A stretch of 63,371 nt of DNA, filler included, from 4 parts of 4 records of this genome joined end to end with filler, not necessarily neighbours in it, one strand, 5' to 3'; positions 37,853 to 52,170 are shown, counted from the first letter of the whole stretch. Program-made: numbers and translations. The notes: generated by a model from the letters alone, not told the origin.

Positions 37853-40090
37853 ATGAACCAATTTTATAACCATAAATCCTATGTTGATCTAAACGAGTCC
37901 CAAAAGGAGGCAGTAAAAAATCTTGATGGGCCTTTGTTAGTTTTGTCTGGTGCGGGTACAGGTAAAACAAGAGTATTAACAGCAAGGTTGGCTAATTTAT
38001 TGTACAGTAATACTACAAAAGCATGGAAAATTCTTGCTGTTACTTTCACTAATAAAGCAGCTAAGGAAATGAGAACAAGGCTTGAAGGCCTCATTGGGCC
38101 AATGGCTAACTCTGTTTGGTTAGGAACATTTCATTCAATAGGAGCGCGTATTTTAAGAGAAAACGCAGAATTAGTGGGTTTAAATTCAAATTATACAATA
38201 ATCACACCTGACGACCAAATAAGGCTTCTGAAACAAATAATGCTTGATGAGGATATTGATATAAAAAAATTTACTCCAAAATCAATGTCGTCTTTAATAT
38301 CATCCTGGAAAGATAAAGGTTATCAACATAACGATATAAATATTTCAAACAATGATATTTTTGCGAATGGCAGAGCAAAATCAATATATAAAACGTATCA
38401 GTCAAGACTAAAAACGCTTAACTCAGCTGACTTTGGTGATTTACTATTATATAATTTAATAATTTTTTCAGAGCATCCAGATGTTCTTGATAAATATCAT
38501 TCAAAATTATCACATTTTTTAGTTGATGAGTATCAGGATACAAACACTATTCAATATTTATGGCTTAAACTACTTGCAGATAAAACAAAAAACATTTGTT
38601 GTGTTGGTGACGATGATCAATCTATTTACGGTTGGCGTGGTGCTCAAGTAGGAAATATACTTAGATTTGAAAAAGATTATCCGAAAGCAAACGTTATAAA
38701 ACTTGAAGAAAATTATAGATCTACAGGTAGAATTTTAGAAGCAGCTAATAGTGTGATTATTAATAATAAAGAAAGGCTTGGAAAAAACCTTAAAACGTCA
38801 TTAGAAAAAGGCGAAAAAATTGAGCTTATATCTGTTTGGGATGGGGTAGAGGAAGCTAAAAAAACTAGCAATGAAATTGAAACACTTTTTTCTTCAGGGT
38901 TTAAATATGATCAAATGGCTGTCTTAGTGAGGGCCGGCCACCAAACTAGATTTTTTGAAGAAAGATTTGTAGATATTGGAATTCCTTATAAAGTAATTGG
39001 GGCAAAATTTTATGAACGATTAGAAATAAGGGATGCATTAGCCTATTTACGAGTTGTTCAGCAACATAATGATGATTTAGCTTTAGAGAGAATTATAAAC
39101 GTTCCTAAACGTGGATTAGGTACCAATACCATTAGTTTGATCCGGTCTTATGCTAAAAAAAACAATATTTCATTTTTTGTTTCCTCACAAGAATTACTAA
39201 TGACAGACGAGTTGAGGCCTAATGTTAAGAGGACATTACAAGCATTAGTTAATCAATTTAGTGATTGGAAAAATCAAGAAAAAACAATTCCACATACAGA
39301 GTTAGCTTTAAAAGTACTTGAAGAATCAGGTTATATTTCTCACTGGCAAAATGAAAAATCAATTGAAGGAGAAGGGCGGTTAGAAAATTTAAAAGAGCTT
39401 ATAAACGCAATGAGTAGCTTTGAAAACCTTTCTGGTTTTCTAGAACATATTTCTTTGGTAATGGATGGAGACAGCGAAGCTGAAGCAGGTGAAGTATCTT
39501 TAATGACTTTGCATGCAGCAAAAGGGCTTGAATTTGATGTGGTTTTTTTGCCAGGGTGGGAAGAAGGCTTGTTTCCTAGTCAAAGGTCAATTGATGAATT
39601 AGGTTTGGCTGGTCTAGAAGAGGAAAGAAGATTAGCATATGTTGGAATTACTCGGGCTAAAAAAAGATTATATATAACATTCGCTGCTAATAGGCAAATA
39701 CACGGTTTGTGGCAAGGTTCTATACCTTCAAGATTTATAAGTGAATTACCCAAAAATGACTTGAACAAACAAATAGAAGGCAATTTAGGTGCAGAAGCTT
39801 CTAGCTATAATCAAATTGATTTTGAAATTAAAAACAACAATTCATCATATGGCCCAGGTTTTTTTAGAGCTAAAGATAACGGTATAGATGTCATTGATGT
39901 ATATAAACAAAAGAGGATTAATCAAAATCAAGCAAACTTCAACATTGATTTTGACAGTGGACAAAGAGTTTTTCATCAAAAATTTGGTATGGGTCTTATT
40001 ATCTCATCTGAAGGAGATAAATTAAATATAAGTTTTGATAAAGCTGGTGAAAAGAGGGTGATGGCTAGTTTTGTAAAGATAGTAGATTAA
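37853..40090 (+). CDS. uvrD: UvrD/PcrA-type ATP-dependent DNA helicase
   Basis: GAGTGKT, TFTNKAA, VDEYQDTN, VGDDDQSIY, EEERRLAYVGITRA, C-terminal RVFHQKFG. Confidence 0.95.
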   Translation: MNQFYNHKSYVDLNESQKEAVKNLDGPLLVLSGAGTGKTRVLTARLANLLYSNTTKAWKILAVTFTNKAAKEMRTRLEGLIGPMANSVWLGTFHSIGARILRENAELVGLNSNYTIITPDDQIRLLKQIMLDEDIDIKKFTPKSMSSLISSWKDKGYQHNDINISNNDIFANGRAKSIYKTYQSRLKTLNSADFGDLLLYNLIIFSEHPDVLDKYHSKLSHFLVDEYQDTNTIQYLWLKLLADKTKNICCVGDDDQSIYGWRGAQVGNILRFEKDYPKANVIKLEENYRSTGRILEAANSVIINNKERLGKNLKTSLEKGEKIELISVWDGVEEAKKTSNEIETLFSSGFKYDQMAVLVRAGHQTRFFEERFVDIGIPYKVIGAKFYERLEIRDALAYLRVVQQHNDDLALERIINVPKRGLGTNTISLIRSYAKKNNISFFVSSQELLMTDELRPNVKRTLQALVNQFSDWKNQEKTIPHTELALKVLEESGYISHWQNEKSIEGEGRLENLKELINAMSSFENLSGFLEHISLVMDGDSEAEAGEVSLMTLHAAKGLEFDVVFLPGWEEGLFPSQRSIDELGLAGLEEERRLAYVGITRAKKRLYITFAANRQIHGLWQGSIPSRFISELPKNDLNKQIEGNLGAEASSYNQIDFEIKNNNSSYGPGFFRAKDNGIDVIDVYKQKRINQNQANFNIDFDSGQRVFHQKFGMGLIISSEGDKLNISFDKAGEKRVMASFVKIVD

Positions 40091-40094
40091 TATT

Positions 40095-41084
40095 ATGGAA
40101 TTATGGACAATAAGTTTTACGGTTCAAGATAAATATAAAAATATTTTTTCTGATTATGTGGAGTCAATAGAAGGGTATGTTTCTTCAAGTTTATTTGTGA
40201 ATGAGAGTTTGCTTACAAAATCAATATCAAAAAAAAATACCCAAAATATTTATAACTATTTAGGTGAATTTCACCACAATGACTACTGGTTATTAGATGT
40301 TCTGGTAAGTGTAAAGCCAAGATTTGATATAATACAAAAAAAAATAAATGATCTTGCTAAAGAATTAAAAATTAGTCCTTATACATTCCAAAATAGCACC
40401 TATGATGAAGAAAAAGATAAAAAATATATTTATTCTAAAAAAATTAAAAAAAAAGACTGGCTAAAAGAAAATAGAAAATCTTTTCCAACAATTGAAGTTG
40501 ATAATTTTTATATTTTTGGATCACATATAAAAAAAAATAATCTAAATAATACTTTCCCAATTAAAATTAATGCATCCACTGCTTTTGGAACTGGGTCTCA
40601 TCCAACTACACAATGTTGCCTTAAATTAATTACTTATTTATCTAAGTCATTTAGACCAAATAAAATTCTAGATTACGGATGCGGCACCGGAATTTTAGGA
40701 ATAGCATCAAAAAAAATATTCAGAAAAAGTAAATTTACTTTAGTTGATATTGATAGAGAGGCAATAAAATTATCAAAAGAAAACATTAAGCTTAACAATA
40801 TTTTATCGTACCAATTATATATAACAAATAAATATTTTTTTTTTAAATATATAAAGAAAAATAATTACGAGTTAGTTTTTGCTAATATACTTTTTTTACC
40901 TCTGTATAATTTGGCTCCATTATTTAAAAGTGTTATTAAGACTAATTGTTATCTAATTTTGTCTGGACTTTTAGATTATCAAATCCCAAGGATAATGAGT
41001 AGGTATAATAATTTTGGTTTTATTAAAAAAAAAATAATACTTTCCTCAGGTTGGGGGGCGATAATAATGAGAAGAAATTCATAA
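40095..41084 (+). CDS. prmA: Ribosomal protein L11 methyltransferase
   Basis: AFGTGSHPTT, LDYGCGTGIL, ANIL, ILSGLL; uvrD-prmA-pepP synteny. Confidence 0.88.
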   Translation: MELWTISFTVQDKYKNIFSDYVESIEGYVSSSLFVNESLLTKSISKKNTQNIYNYLGEFHHNDYWLLDVLVSVKPRFDIIQKKINDLAKELKISPYTFQNSTYDEEKDKKYIYSKKIKKKDWLKENRKSFPTIEVDNFYIFGSHIKKNNLNNTFPIKINASTAFGTGSHPTTQCCLKLITYLSKSFRPNKILDYGCGTGILGIASKKIFRKSKFTLVDIDREAIKLSKENIKLNNILSYQLYITNKYFFFKYIKKNNYELVFANILFLPLYNLAPLFKSVIKTNCYLILSGLLDYQIPRIMSRYNNFGFIKKKIILSSGWGAIIMRRNS

Positions 41085-41106
41085 GGAATTTTTTGAGAGT
41101 ATAGAT

Positions 41107-42873
41107 TTGGAAAATAATTTAAAATTATTATTTAAAAAAATGAAATCTTTAAATTTAGACGTATTTCTCGTACCCAGGATTGATATGTTTTCTGGTGAAG
41201 AGGTTCCGTTAGAAGAAGAACGTTTAAAGTTTATATCGAATTTTACAGGCTCCGCAGGGATAGCAATTATTTCTGTAAACCCTAATTTTAAGTCAGCAAT
41301 TTTTAGCGATGGCCGTTATCAATTACAAATTAAGAAAGAAGTAGATATAAAATACTATGATGCTTTTAATGGAGCTTTCAAAGAAGTTGCTAATACACTT
41401 ATTAAAAACAAACATATTCTTAAGAAAATAGGGATTGATCCCTGGTTAATTACAATAGATCAATTTGCTTATTTAAAAGATATAAGTAACAATTTAAAAT
41501 TTTTAGAAAATAATTTAATAGACGAGATTTGGTTTGATAGACCAATTGAAATTCAAAATAAAATTTTTGAATTAGGCACAAAGTATACTGGAGAAGACAA
41601 AGAGTCTAAAATTGAACGTCTTGCAGCCACTATATTAGAAAATAAATTTGATTTCTATATTTTGTTTAATCCAATGGGTCTTTGTTGGTTGCTTAACATA
41701 AGAGCTATGGACCTAAAACATACTCCAGTTTTAAGAGCTTTTTGTTTTGTATCAAAATTTGGCGAGGTTTTTGTTTTTTCAAAAAATAAATCACTAAAAA
41801 GGTGTTTAAATAATAGCAAAAAAATTTATTTGTATGATTTTGAGGATTTATCTGGTTTTCTTGAGAAAAATTCGCATTGTAAAATATTATTTGATCCAAA
41901 GGTACTACCTTTAAAAATATATGATTTACTAAATAAAAATAAAATCCAATATAAAAAAATTCAATGTCCAGTTGATGGTTTCAAAACAATTAAAAACTCA
42001 AATGAAGTATCAGGTTTTAAAAATGCTCATTTAAAAGATGGTTTGGCCATTTTAAAACTCTTTTCTTGGATCGAAAAAAATGTTTCTTCTAAAAAACTAA
42101 CTGAAATATTAATTGCTGAAAAACTTCTTGAAATTCGTTCATTGGACTCATCATTCGTTTGTGAAAGTTTCTCAACTATTTCAGCTTTTAGCGATCATGG
42201 TGCCATAATACACTATAAGGCTTCTGAGTTATCTAACAAAAAAATTAATAAGGATGGTTTGTATTTAATAGATACTGGAGCGCATTATTTCGATGGCACA
42301 ACAGATGTAACTCGTACTTTGTTAGTTGGCAAACCAGATGCAGAAATGATTAATGATTACACTTTGGTTTTAAAAGGTCACATTGGTATTGCTACAGCAG
42401 TTTTTCCTAAAAAAACTAAAGGTAGGGACTTAGATGTTTTAGCTAGAATAGCCCTTTGGTCTGAAGGTAAGGATTATGCTCATGGCACAGGTCATGGTGT
42501 AGGTTTTGTTTTAAGTGTTCATGAAGGTCCTATTTCTATATCAAAGTTATCCAGAACTGTTATTGAACCTGGGATGATTATTTCTAATGAGCCTGGTTAT
42601 TATAAAACTGGACATTATGGTATACGCATTGAGAACTTGGAGCTTGTTTTATTAAAAAAGATTAAAGATTTAAATCAAAGTTTTTTATGTTTTGAGAACT
42701 TAACTAGAGTTCCTTTAGAAAAAAAGTTAATTGATAAAAACAAGTTAACAAAATTTGAAATTGACTGGATCAATTGTTACCATAAAAAAGTTTTTAATGA
42801 TTTATCAAAATTAATTGGTAAAGAGAATGTAGACTTAATTGAGTTTTTAAAAATTAAAACGTCTGAAATATAA
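41107..42873 (+). CDS. Xaa-Pro aminopeptidase (M24B)
   Basis: FTGSAG, DGRY, IDTGAHYFDGTTD, HGTGHGVG, VHEGP, SNEPGYY, GIRIEN. Confidence 0.93.
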   Translation: MENNLKLLFKKMKSLNLDVFLVPRIDMFSGEEVPLEEERLKFISNFTGSAGIAIISVNPNFKSAIFSDGRYQLQIKKEVDIKYYDAFNGAFKEVANTLIKNKHILKKIGIDPWLITIDQFAYLKDISNNLKFLENNLIDEIWFDRPIEIQNKIFELGTKYTGEDKESKIERLAATILENKFDFYILFNPMGLCWLLNIRAMDLKHTPVLRAFCFVSKFGEVFVFSKNKSLKRCLNNSKKIYLYDFEDLSGFLEKNSHCKILFDPKVLPLKIYDLLNKNKIQYKKIQCPVDGFKTIKNSNEVSGFKNAHLKDGLAILKLFSWIEKNVSSKKLTEILIAEKLLEIRSLDSSFVCESFSTISAFSDHGAIIHYKASELSNKKINKDGLYLIDTGAHYFDGTTDVTRTLLVGKPDAEMINDYTLVLKGHIGIATAVFPKKTKGRDLDVLARIALWSEGKDYAHGTGHGVGFVLSVHEGPISISKLSRTVIEPGMIISNEPGYYKTGHYGIRIENLELVLLKKIKDLNQSFLCFENLTRVPLEKKLIDKNKLTKFEIDWINCYHKKVFNDLSKLIGKENVDLIEFLKIKTSEI

Positions 42874-42878
42874 ATAAT

Positions 42879-46584
<3,706 letters not shown>

Positions 46585-46588
46585 TTAT

Positions 46589-47419
46589 TTAGTTGAATAT
46601 TGTTGTGAAATAGTTTTTTACCTTTTGAGCAAACCCTTTATCAATATCTTTATTCAAATTGTTTACTAAAAGAGATTTACTAAGGCTTGCCCATTCATTT
46701 TTGGGGAAGTTATAATTTAATATGGCAATACTCTTTTGGGCTTCTTCTTTTAAACCGGTTATTAGGAGAGCCTCGCTTAATCTATATAATGTTTCTGGTA
46801 TAACTGAAGTGTTTTGAAATTTTTCTAAAATTACTTTAAATCTTTTTATAGCACTTCCTGATGCATTTTTTTTTAAATAAAATTTACCAACCGCTAACTC
46901 GTTTTCAGCTAATCGATTCTTTAGATATAATATCTTGAGTTTTGCATCCTTTGCATATTTAGAGTTTGGATATTTAGATTCAATTATTTGAAAATAGTTA
47001 ATAGCTTTCAATGATAAGCTTGCGTCTCTTCCTTTTTGTGATGTTTGAATATAATAACACATTCCTAATAAGTAATGAGCATAGATTGTAAGTTCACCGG
47101 TAGGGTTCATTTCAATAAAACTATTAAGTTTGTTTATTGCTTTTTGAATTTGATTATCTTCATATAAGGAATAGGCTGATGTTATTTCAGATTTTACAGC
47201 CAAATCTGAGAAAGGATAATTTAAAAGTAAATTTTCAAATTCATTTAAGGCACTTTTATAGTCATTTTCTTCTATAAGTAATAGTGCTCTTTTATAAATA
47301 TCTACATCAGTCTCAATAGCTTGTTTTTTATCATTTTCTATATTACTACAACTAACTAAAATAAATAATATAGAAATTAATCTTGTTATTAGGGTATAAC
47401 TTGATGTTTTTGTTAACAT
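46589..47419 (-). CDS. bamD: Outer membrane assembly lipoprotein BamD
   Basis: LVSC lipobox, TPR-like repeats, YPNSKYAKDA, AIKRF; lpxC-bamD-recN synteny. Confidence 0.9.
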   Translation of the reverse strand: MLTKTSSYTLITRLISILFILVSCSNIENDKKQAIETDVDIYKRALLLIEENDYKSALNEFENLLLNYPFSDLAVKSEITSAYSLYEDNQIQKAINKLNSFIEMNPTGELTIYAHYLLGMCYYIQTSQKGRDASLSLKAINYFQIIESKYPNSKYAKDAKLKILYLKNRLAENELAVGKFYLKKNASGSAIKRFKVILEKFQNTSVIPETLYRLSEALLITGLKEEAQKSIAILNYNFPKNEWASLSKSLLVNNLNKDIDKGFAQKVKNYFTTIFN

Positions 47420-47514
47420 TAATATAAACTTCCAATTATTAATTAATTAATTATGATGCTAATTTATATTACTGTATATGATTATATATCAAGAAACTTA
47501 TAATTAAAATTATA

Positions 47515-48486
47515 TTAAGCTACGTTTATTAAATTTGGTGATAAACTATCTTTATTTAATACGTTGGTATATGCATCATAAGATACATCAACATATGAAT
47601 CTTCAATTTTATAATTATCTTTGTGATTTAATATTTTAAAAACAAGCTTTTGATTAAGTTTATGTCCAGGTGCAAAACATTCAACATATCCAAGTAATTG
47701 TTTCCCTAACAAATATAAGTCACCAATACAATCAAGAGTTTTATGTTTTACAAATTCCTTTTCAAACCTTAGACCCCCAGGATTTAAAATCTTAAACTTG
47801 TCAACTACAATAGCGTTGTTCAAGCTACCACCAATTGCCTGGCCAGATGTTCTCATTTTTTCTATATCTTCATGTAAGGCGTATGTTCTTGCTTGAGATA
47901 AATAATTAACAAAATTTTGTTTAGAATGTGTATAAAAAAAATCTGATTTTCCTATTAAGGTGTTAGGATAATCAATAGTTGTATTTAAAGAAAAATTATT
48001 GGATGGAGATATTGAAATGAATCTCTTGCCATCAGAAACTTTAAGTTTACTCAAAATTTTAATAGTTTTCTTATTTTTTTTCTGTTCCTGAATACCATAT
48101 TTTATGAACTTTTTTATATATTCAGCGGAACTACCATCCAATGCAGGTAATTCAGCATCATCAATATTAACAATTGCGTTATCAATGCCAAAAGCGCTAA
48201 AGGCTGCCATTAGATGTTCTATAGTTGATACAGACACGCCCATTTTGTTAGTTATTCTAGTACATAAATAAGATGAATCTATATTACTAGCATTTGCTTC
48301 AACAATGTTATTTTTACTTAAATCTAATCTCTTAAAAATAATACCAGCATCTTCTTTGGCTGGTTCGATAGTCATATTAACGGCTCTACCATTATGGACG
48401 CCAACACCAGAAAAACTAATTGCTGTTCTTAGGGTATTTTGTTTTAAGAAAATACGTTCAATTTTATTGTTAATATAATTCATCAC
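47515..48486 (-). CDS. lpxC: UDP-3-O-acyl-GlcNAc deacetylase
   Basis: QNTL..GVGVH.G, TIEHLMAA, PALDGS, HKTLDCIGDL, PGH. Confidence 0.95.
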   Translation of the reverse strand: MMNYINNKIERIFLKQNTLRTAISFSGVGVHNGRAVNMTIEPAKEDAGIIFKRLDLSKNNIVEANASNIDSSYLCTRITNKMGVSVSTIEHLMAAFSAFGIDNAIVNIDDAELPALDGSSAEYIKKFIKYGIQEQKKNKKTIKILSKLKVSDGKRFISISPSNNFSLNTTIDYPNTLIGKSDFFYTHSKQNFVNYLSQARTYALHEDIEKMRTSGQAIGGSLNNAIVVDKFKILNPGGLRFEKEFVKHKTLDCIGDLYLLGKQLLGYVECFAPGHKLNQKLVFKILNHKDNYKIEDSYVDVSYDAYTNVLNKDSLSPNLINVA

Positions 48487-48562
48487 AAATCCTCATCATG
48501 ATTGATATATGAAATAATATAAAATACAAATCACATATAATTACTAAATGTTTCAGTAACTA

Positions 48563-49670
48563 TTAATTAGCTTGTCTTCTTAAAAAAGCTGGTATTTCAA
48601 GTACTTTTTCGTCAATTTCTTTATTTTCTTGTTCTAAATCAATTAAATTAACAAGATCATTCTCTTTAGGCTCATTTTTTTCCTTAAACAAATCAAAGCT
48701 CTCTGAAGGTTTGGATGGTTCAGCAATATTCAACTTTTCTACAAAATCTTTATTTGTATCCGTATCTATTGTTTCTATTGTCTCTATTTTATCTTCTATT
48801 TTTATACCTGACCCAGAAGGCATGTCTTGATTATTATCAACTCCAAAGAATGAAGAAAATCGACTAAATAAATTTTTAGATTTTTTTTCTGTAAATTCAT
48901 TTTTAGGTTTGTTTTCTAAAATAGATTTAAGATCATTTTTTTGGAGATCAGCTAAATAGTCTTTAGACATTTCCAAATCTGTATTGTTTTCGTTTTGCTC
49001 ATCTTGGTCTATTTTTAAACGATTTATTTGTGTTTCTAAATCTATTTGATCGTTTTTATTATTTTTTAATTCTGGATCAATATCATCAATTACTTGTAAA
49101 TCTTTTTCTAATTCAAACTCCTCAATACTTTTATGGTCTTCATTAATATTATTAAACTCATTATAGTTTTCATCAGTATTAATAATTTTTGTTGGTTCAT
49201 TTTTATAATTATTATTTATTCCAGTTGCTACTATGGATACTTTAATAATTCCTTCTAAACTACTATCAATGGAGGACCCAAAAATAATATTAGCGTTTTC
49301 ATCAACTTCATTTCTAATTTTGCTAGCTGCTTCGTCAACTTCAAAAAGAGCCATGTCTGGTCCTCCTTGAATATTAAGTAAAATAGATTTTGCACCTCTG
49401 ATATCACTATCATCAAGCAATGGATTGTTAAGTGCTTCTTCTGCAGCTTTCTTTGCTCTATCTTCTCCTGAACTTTCTCCAGTACCCATCATTGCTTTAC
49501 CCATATTTCCCATAACTGCTTTTATGTCAGCAAAATCAAGATTTATCATTCCTGGATCTGTTATTAAGTTTGTGATCCCACAAACACCTTGATAAAGCAC
49601 ATCGTCAGCCATTTTAAATGCCTCAGCAAACGTTGTTTTCTCATTTGCAATTTTAAATAAATTTTGATTT
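48563..49670 (-). CDS. ftsZ: Cell division protein FtsZ, 5' truncated
   Basis: [36 protein letters not shown]-terminal [12 protein letters not shown] (alphaproteobacterial). Confidence 0.96.
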
Positions 49671-49770
49671 NNNNNNNNNNNNNNNNNNNNNNNNNNNNNN
49701 NNNNNNNNNNNNNNTTAATTAATTAANNNNNNNNNNNNNNNNNNNNNNNNNNNNNNNNNNNNNNNNNNNN
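49671..49770. other. Synthetic contig-joining linker
   Basis: Same 44 N + TTAATTAATTAA + 44 N pattern. Confidence 0.98.
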
Positions 49771-49832
49771 TAATCCGGTCAGGTCCGAAAGGAAGCAGCC
49801 GTAACAATGATAGCGGGTTGTGAGGCCCTTCG
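49771..49832 (+). ncRNA. ffs: SRP RNA (4.5S), 3' part; 5' end cut by the contig edge
   Basis: Helix-8 signature GGTCAGGTCC-GAAA-GGAAGCAGCC, followed by a T-run; usual position upstream of dnaX. 3' end approximate. Confidence 0.9.
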
Positions 49833-49849
49833 TTTTTTTATTTTAAAAA

Positions 49850-51547
49850 ACGAGATTCGAAATCAATAATATTACTGAACAAAAAAATTATAGAGTTTTA
49901 GCCCGCAAATACAGGCCTAATGATTTCAATGAGTTAATAGGACAAGACACACTTGTTAAAACATTCAACAACTCACTTAATAAAGGTAGACTGGCTCATG
50001 CTTTCCTTTTAACCGGCATAAGGGGGGTTGGCAAAACTACTACGGCTAGAATTATTGCCAAAGCATTGAATTGTGTAGGTAATGGAAATAATACCGAGCC
50101 TACTTTTGAAATTTGTAATAATTGTTCTCCGTGCAAATCTATTAATAAAGGAAACTTCCTTGATGTTATTGAAGTTGATGCAGCGAGTAGAACTGGCGTG
50201 GATGGTATAAGAGAAATCATTGATGCAGTAATGTATTCACCAAATAATGCTCGTTTCAAAGTTTACATAATAGATGAAGTTCACATGTTATCTAATGCTG
50301 CGTTTAATGCCTTATTGAAAACATTAGAAGAACCTCCAGAAAATGTTAAATTTATTTTTGCAACGACCGAGATAAAGAAAATACCTGCTACAATAATATC
50401 TAGATGCCAAAGATTTGATCTTCAAAGAGTTGATATAGATACCTTAAGAACTCATTTAAGTAAAATTTGTGAATCTGAAAATATTAAATTTGAAAATGAT
50501 TCTCTGTTCCAGATATGCAAAGCTAGCGAAGGCTCCGTTAGAGACGCTTTGTCATTGTTGGATCAAGCAGCATCTCTTTGCCAAGATGATGTAAAAGACG
50601 AAGTTGTATTAAACATGTTAGGCTTAAATGGTTATGAAAAAAACATAGAGCTGATCGAGCTTTGCCTTTCTAATAACTGTGATAAAGCTTTGAAACTTTA
50701 TAGTGAAATTATACATAATGGCATTCAACCAATTCAAATCATTTCCAACTTGTTAGAAGTATGTCACTTAGCTTCTAAATTAAACGTTATCAAAATTGAT
50801 GCTAGCATTCCAGAAACAATCCAAAAAGATATTTTGAATATTTCATCATTTGGCCTTCCTAAACTAGTTAAAGCTTGGCAAATTTTAATTAAAAGTATTG
50901 AAGAATTAAAATATGCTCCAAATGAAGAGCAATCTGGATCCATGACTATCATTAAGTTATGCTTTGCGTCTATACTACCAGACCCCGCTGCTCTTATAGA
51001 TGAATTATCAAACAAAAAAAATACCCTTGAAACAACTGTTCAATCAAAAACTACAGAAAAACCTCAAAATAAAGAAATGTTAAACACCCAACAAATGCTA
51101 AATGTTTCTAATGAAAATCAGATAGATAAAATAATTTTAGAACCAGGCGTAATAAAAAATTCTAAAGATGAGTTAAAAGAATCTAAGAGCCCAAAAAACT
51201 TTTCAGAAATGCTAGATTTATTGTTAGAGAATAAAGAGGCGCTCCTACACGCTCAAATAATAAATAACGCACATTTAATTTCCTATGATGTTGGTTTGAT
51301 TAAATTAAGACTAAACATAAATACCGATATGCAGATTTTAAAAAAATTATCATTAGCTTTAGAACAAATCACTAAAGAAAAATGGTTAGTTTTATCATCT
51401 GAAGAAGAAGGCGAGAAGACAATTGTAGAGAAACAAGCTATTGAATTAGACGAGGCTAAAGAGAAAATAAAATCACATAAAGACGTTGCAGAAATATTTA
51501 AATATTTCCCTGAGGCTAAAATAAGTTCTATTAAAGATAATAATTAA
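49850..51547 (+). CDS. dnaX: DNA polymerase III subunit gamma/tau (start uncertain, apparently non-canonical)
   Basis: In-frame YRVLARKYRP and Walker A GIRGVGKTT lie upstream of the ORF-track TTG at 50066; IIDEVHML, LLKTLEEP, SRCQRF. Confidence 0.93.
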   Translation, partial: TRFEINNITEQKNYRVLARKYRPNDFNELIGQDTLVKTFNNSLNKGRLAHAFLLTGIRGVGKTTTARIIAKALNCVGNGNNTEPTFEICNNCSPCKSINKGNFLDVIEVDAASRTGVDGIREIIDAVMYSPNNARFKVYIIDEVHMLSNAAFNALLKTLEEPPENVKFIFATTEIKKIPATIISRCQRFDLQRVDIDTLRTHLSKICESENIKFENDSLFQICKASEGSVRDALSLLDQAASLCQDDVKDEVVLNMLGLNGYEKNIELIELCLSNNCDKALKLYSEIIHNGIQPIQIISNLLEVCHLASKLNVIKIDASIPETIQKDILNISSFGLPKLVKAWQILIKSIEELKYAPNEEQSGSMTIIKLCFASILPDPAALIDELSNKKNTLETTVQSKTTEKPQNKEMLNTQQMLNVSNENQIDKIILEPGVIKNSKDELKESKSPKNFSEMLDLLLENKEALLHAQIINNAHLISYDVGLIKLRLNINTDMQILKKLSLALEQITKEKWLVLSSEEEGEKTIVEKQAIELDEAKEKIKSHKDVAEIFKYFPEAKISSIKDNN

Positions 51548-51563
51548 AAATTAGAAAATTAAA

Positions 51564-52160
51564 ATGTCTGAACAAATTCTTGAGCAATTAATTAAAAAAA
51601 TATCAAAACTTCCTGGATTAGGACCGCGTTCATCCCGAAGAGCCGTATTACATTTATTAAAAGATAGAGAAAAGTTATTTTTACCTCTTATTCAAGATAT
51701 GACCGAAGTTGCAGATAAAATAAAAAAATGTATAGAGTGTGGAAACTTAGATCAAAAAGATATATGTGAAATATGCAGTAATTCTTCAAGAAACAATAAC
51801 TTAGTTTGTGTAGTTGAAACTGTTGCTGATCTTTGGGCGTTGGAAAGGTCAAACGTATATAACGGAAAGTATCATATTTTAGGTGGTGTTTTATCTGCAA
51901 TAGATGGCATAAATCCAGAGCAATTAAACATCGCTTCATTAGAAAGAAGATTAGAAGTTCAGAAATACACTGAGGTGATTATAGCAATATCAGCCACCTT
52001 AGATGGACAAACTACAGCTCATTACATAGCTGAAAGACTTGAGAAATTTAATATTAAGGTTACTAGATTAGCTCATGGTATTCCTATAGGAGGAGAACTA
52101 GATTTCCTTGACGACGGAACAATCGCACAAGCGTTAAAGGCTAGAAATATTTTACAATAG
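51564..52160 (+). CDS. recR: Recombination mediator RecR
   Basis: LPGLGPRS, C4 zinc finger, VVETVAD, TRLAHGIPIGGELDFLD. Confidence 0.96.
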   Translation: MSEQILEQLIKKISKLPGLGPRSSRRAVLHLLKDREKLFLPLIQDMTEVADKIKKCIECGNLDQKDICEICSNSSRNNNLVCVVETVADLWALERSNVYNGKYHILGGVLSAIDGINPEQLNIASLERRLEVQKYTEVIIAISATLDGQTTAHYIAERLEKFNIKVTRLAHGIPIGGELDFLDDGTIAQALKARNILQ

Positions 52161-52170
52161 TGTCATAGAG

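Noticed and set aside
47439-47450. TTAATTAATTAA identical to the linker core, between lpxC and bamD
   Set aside because: No flanking Ns, and conserved lpxC-bamD synteny continues across it; most likely natural AT-rich sequence.
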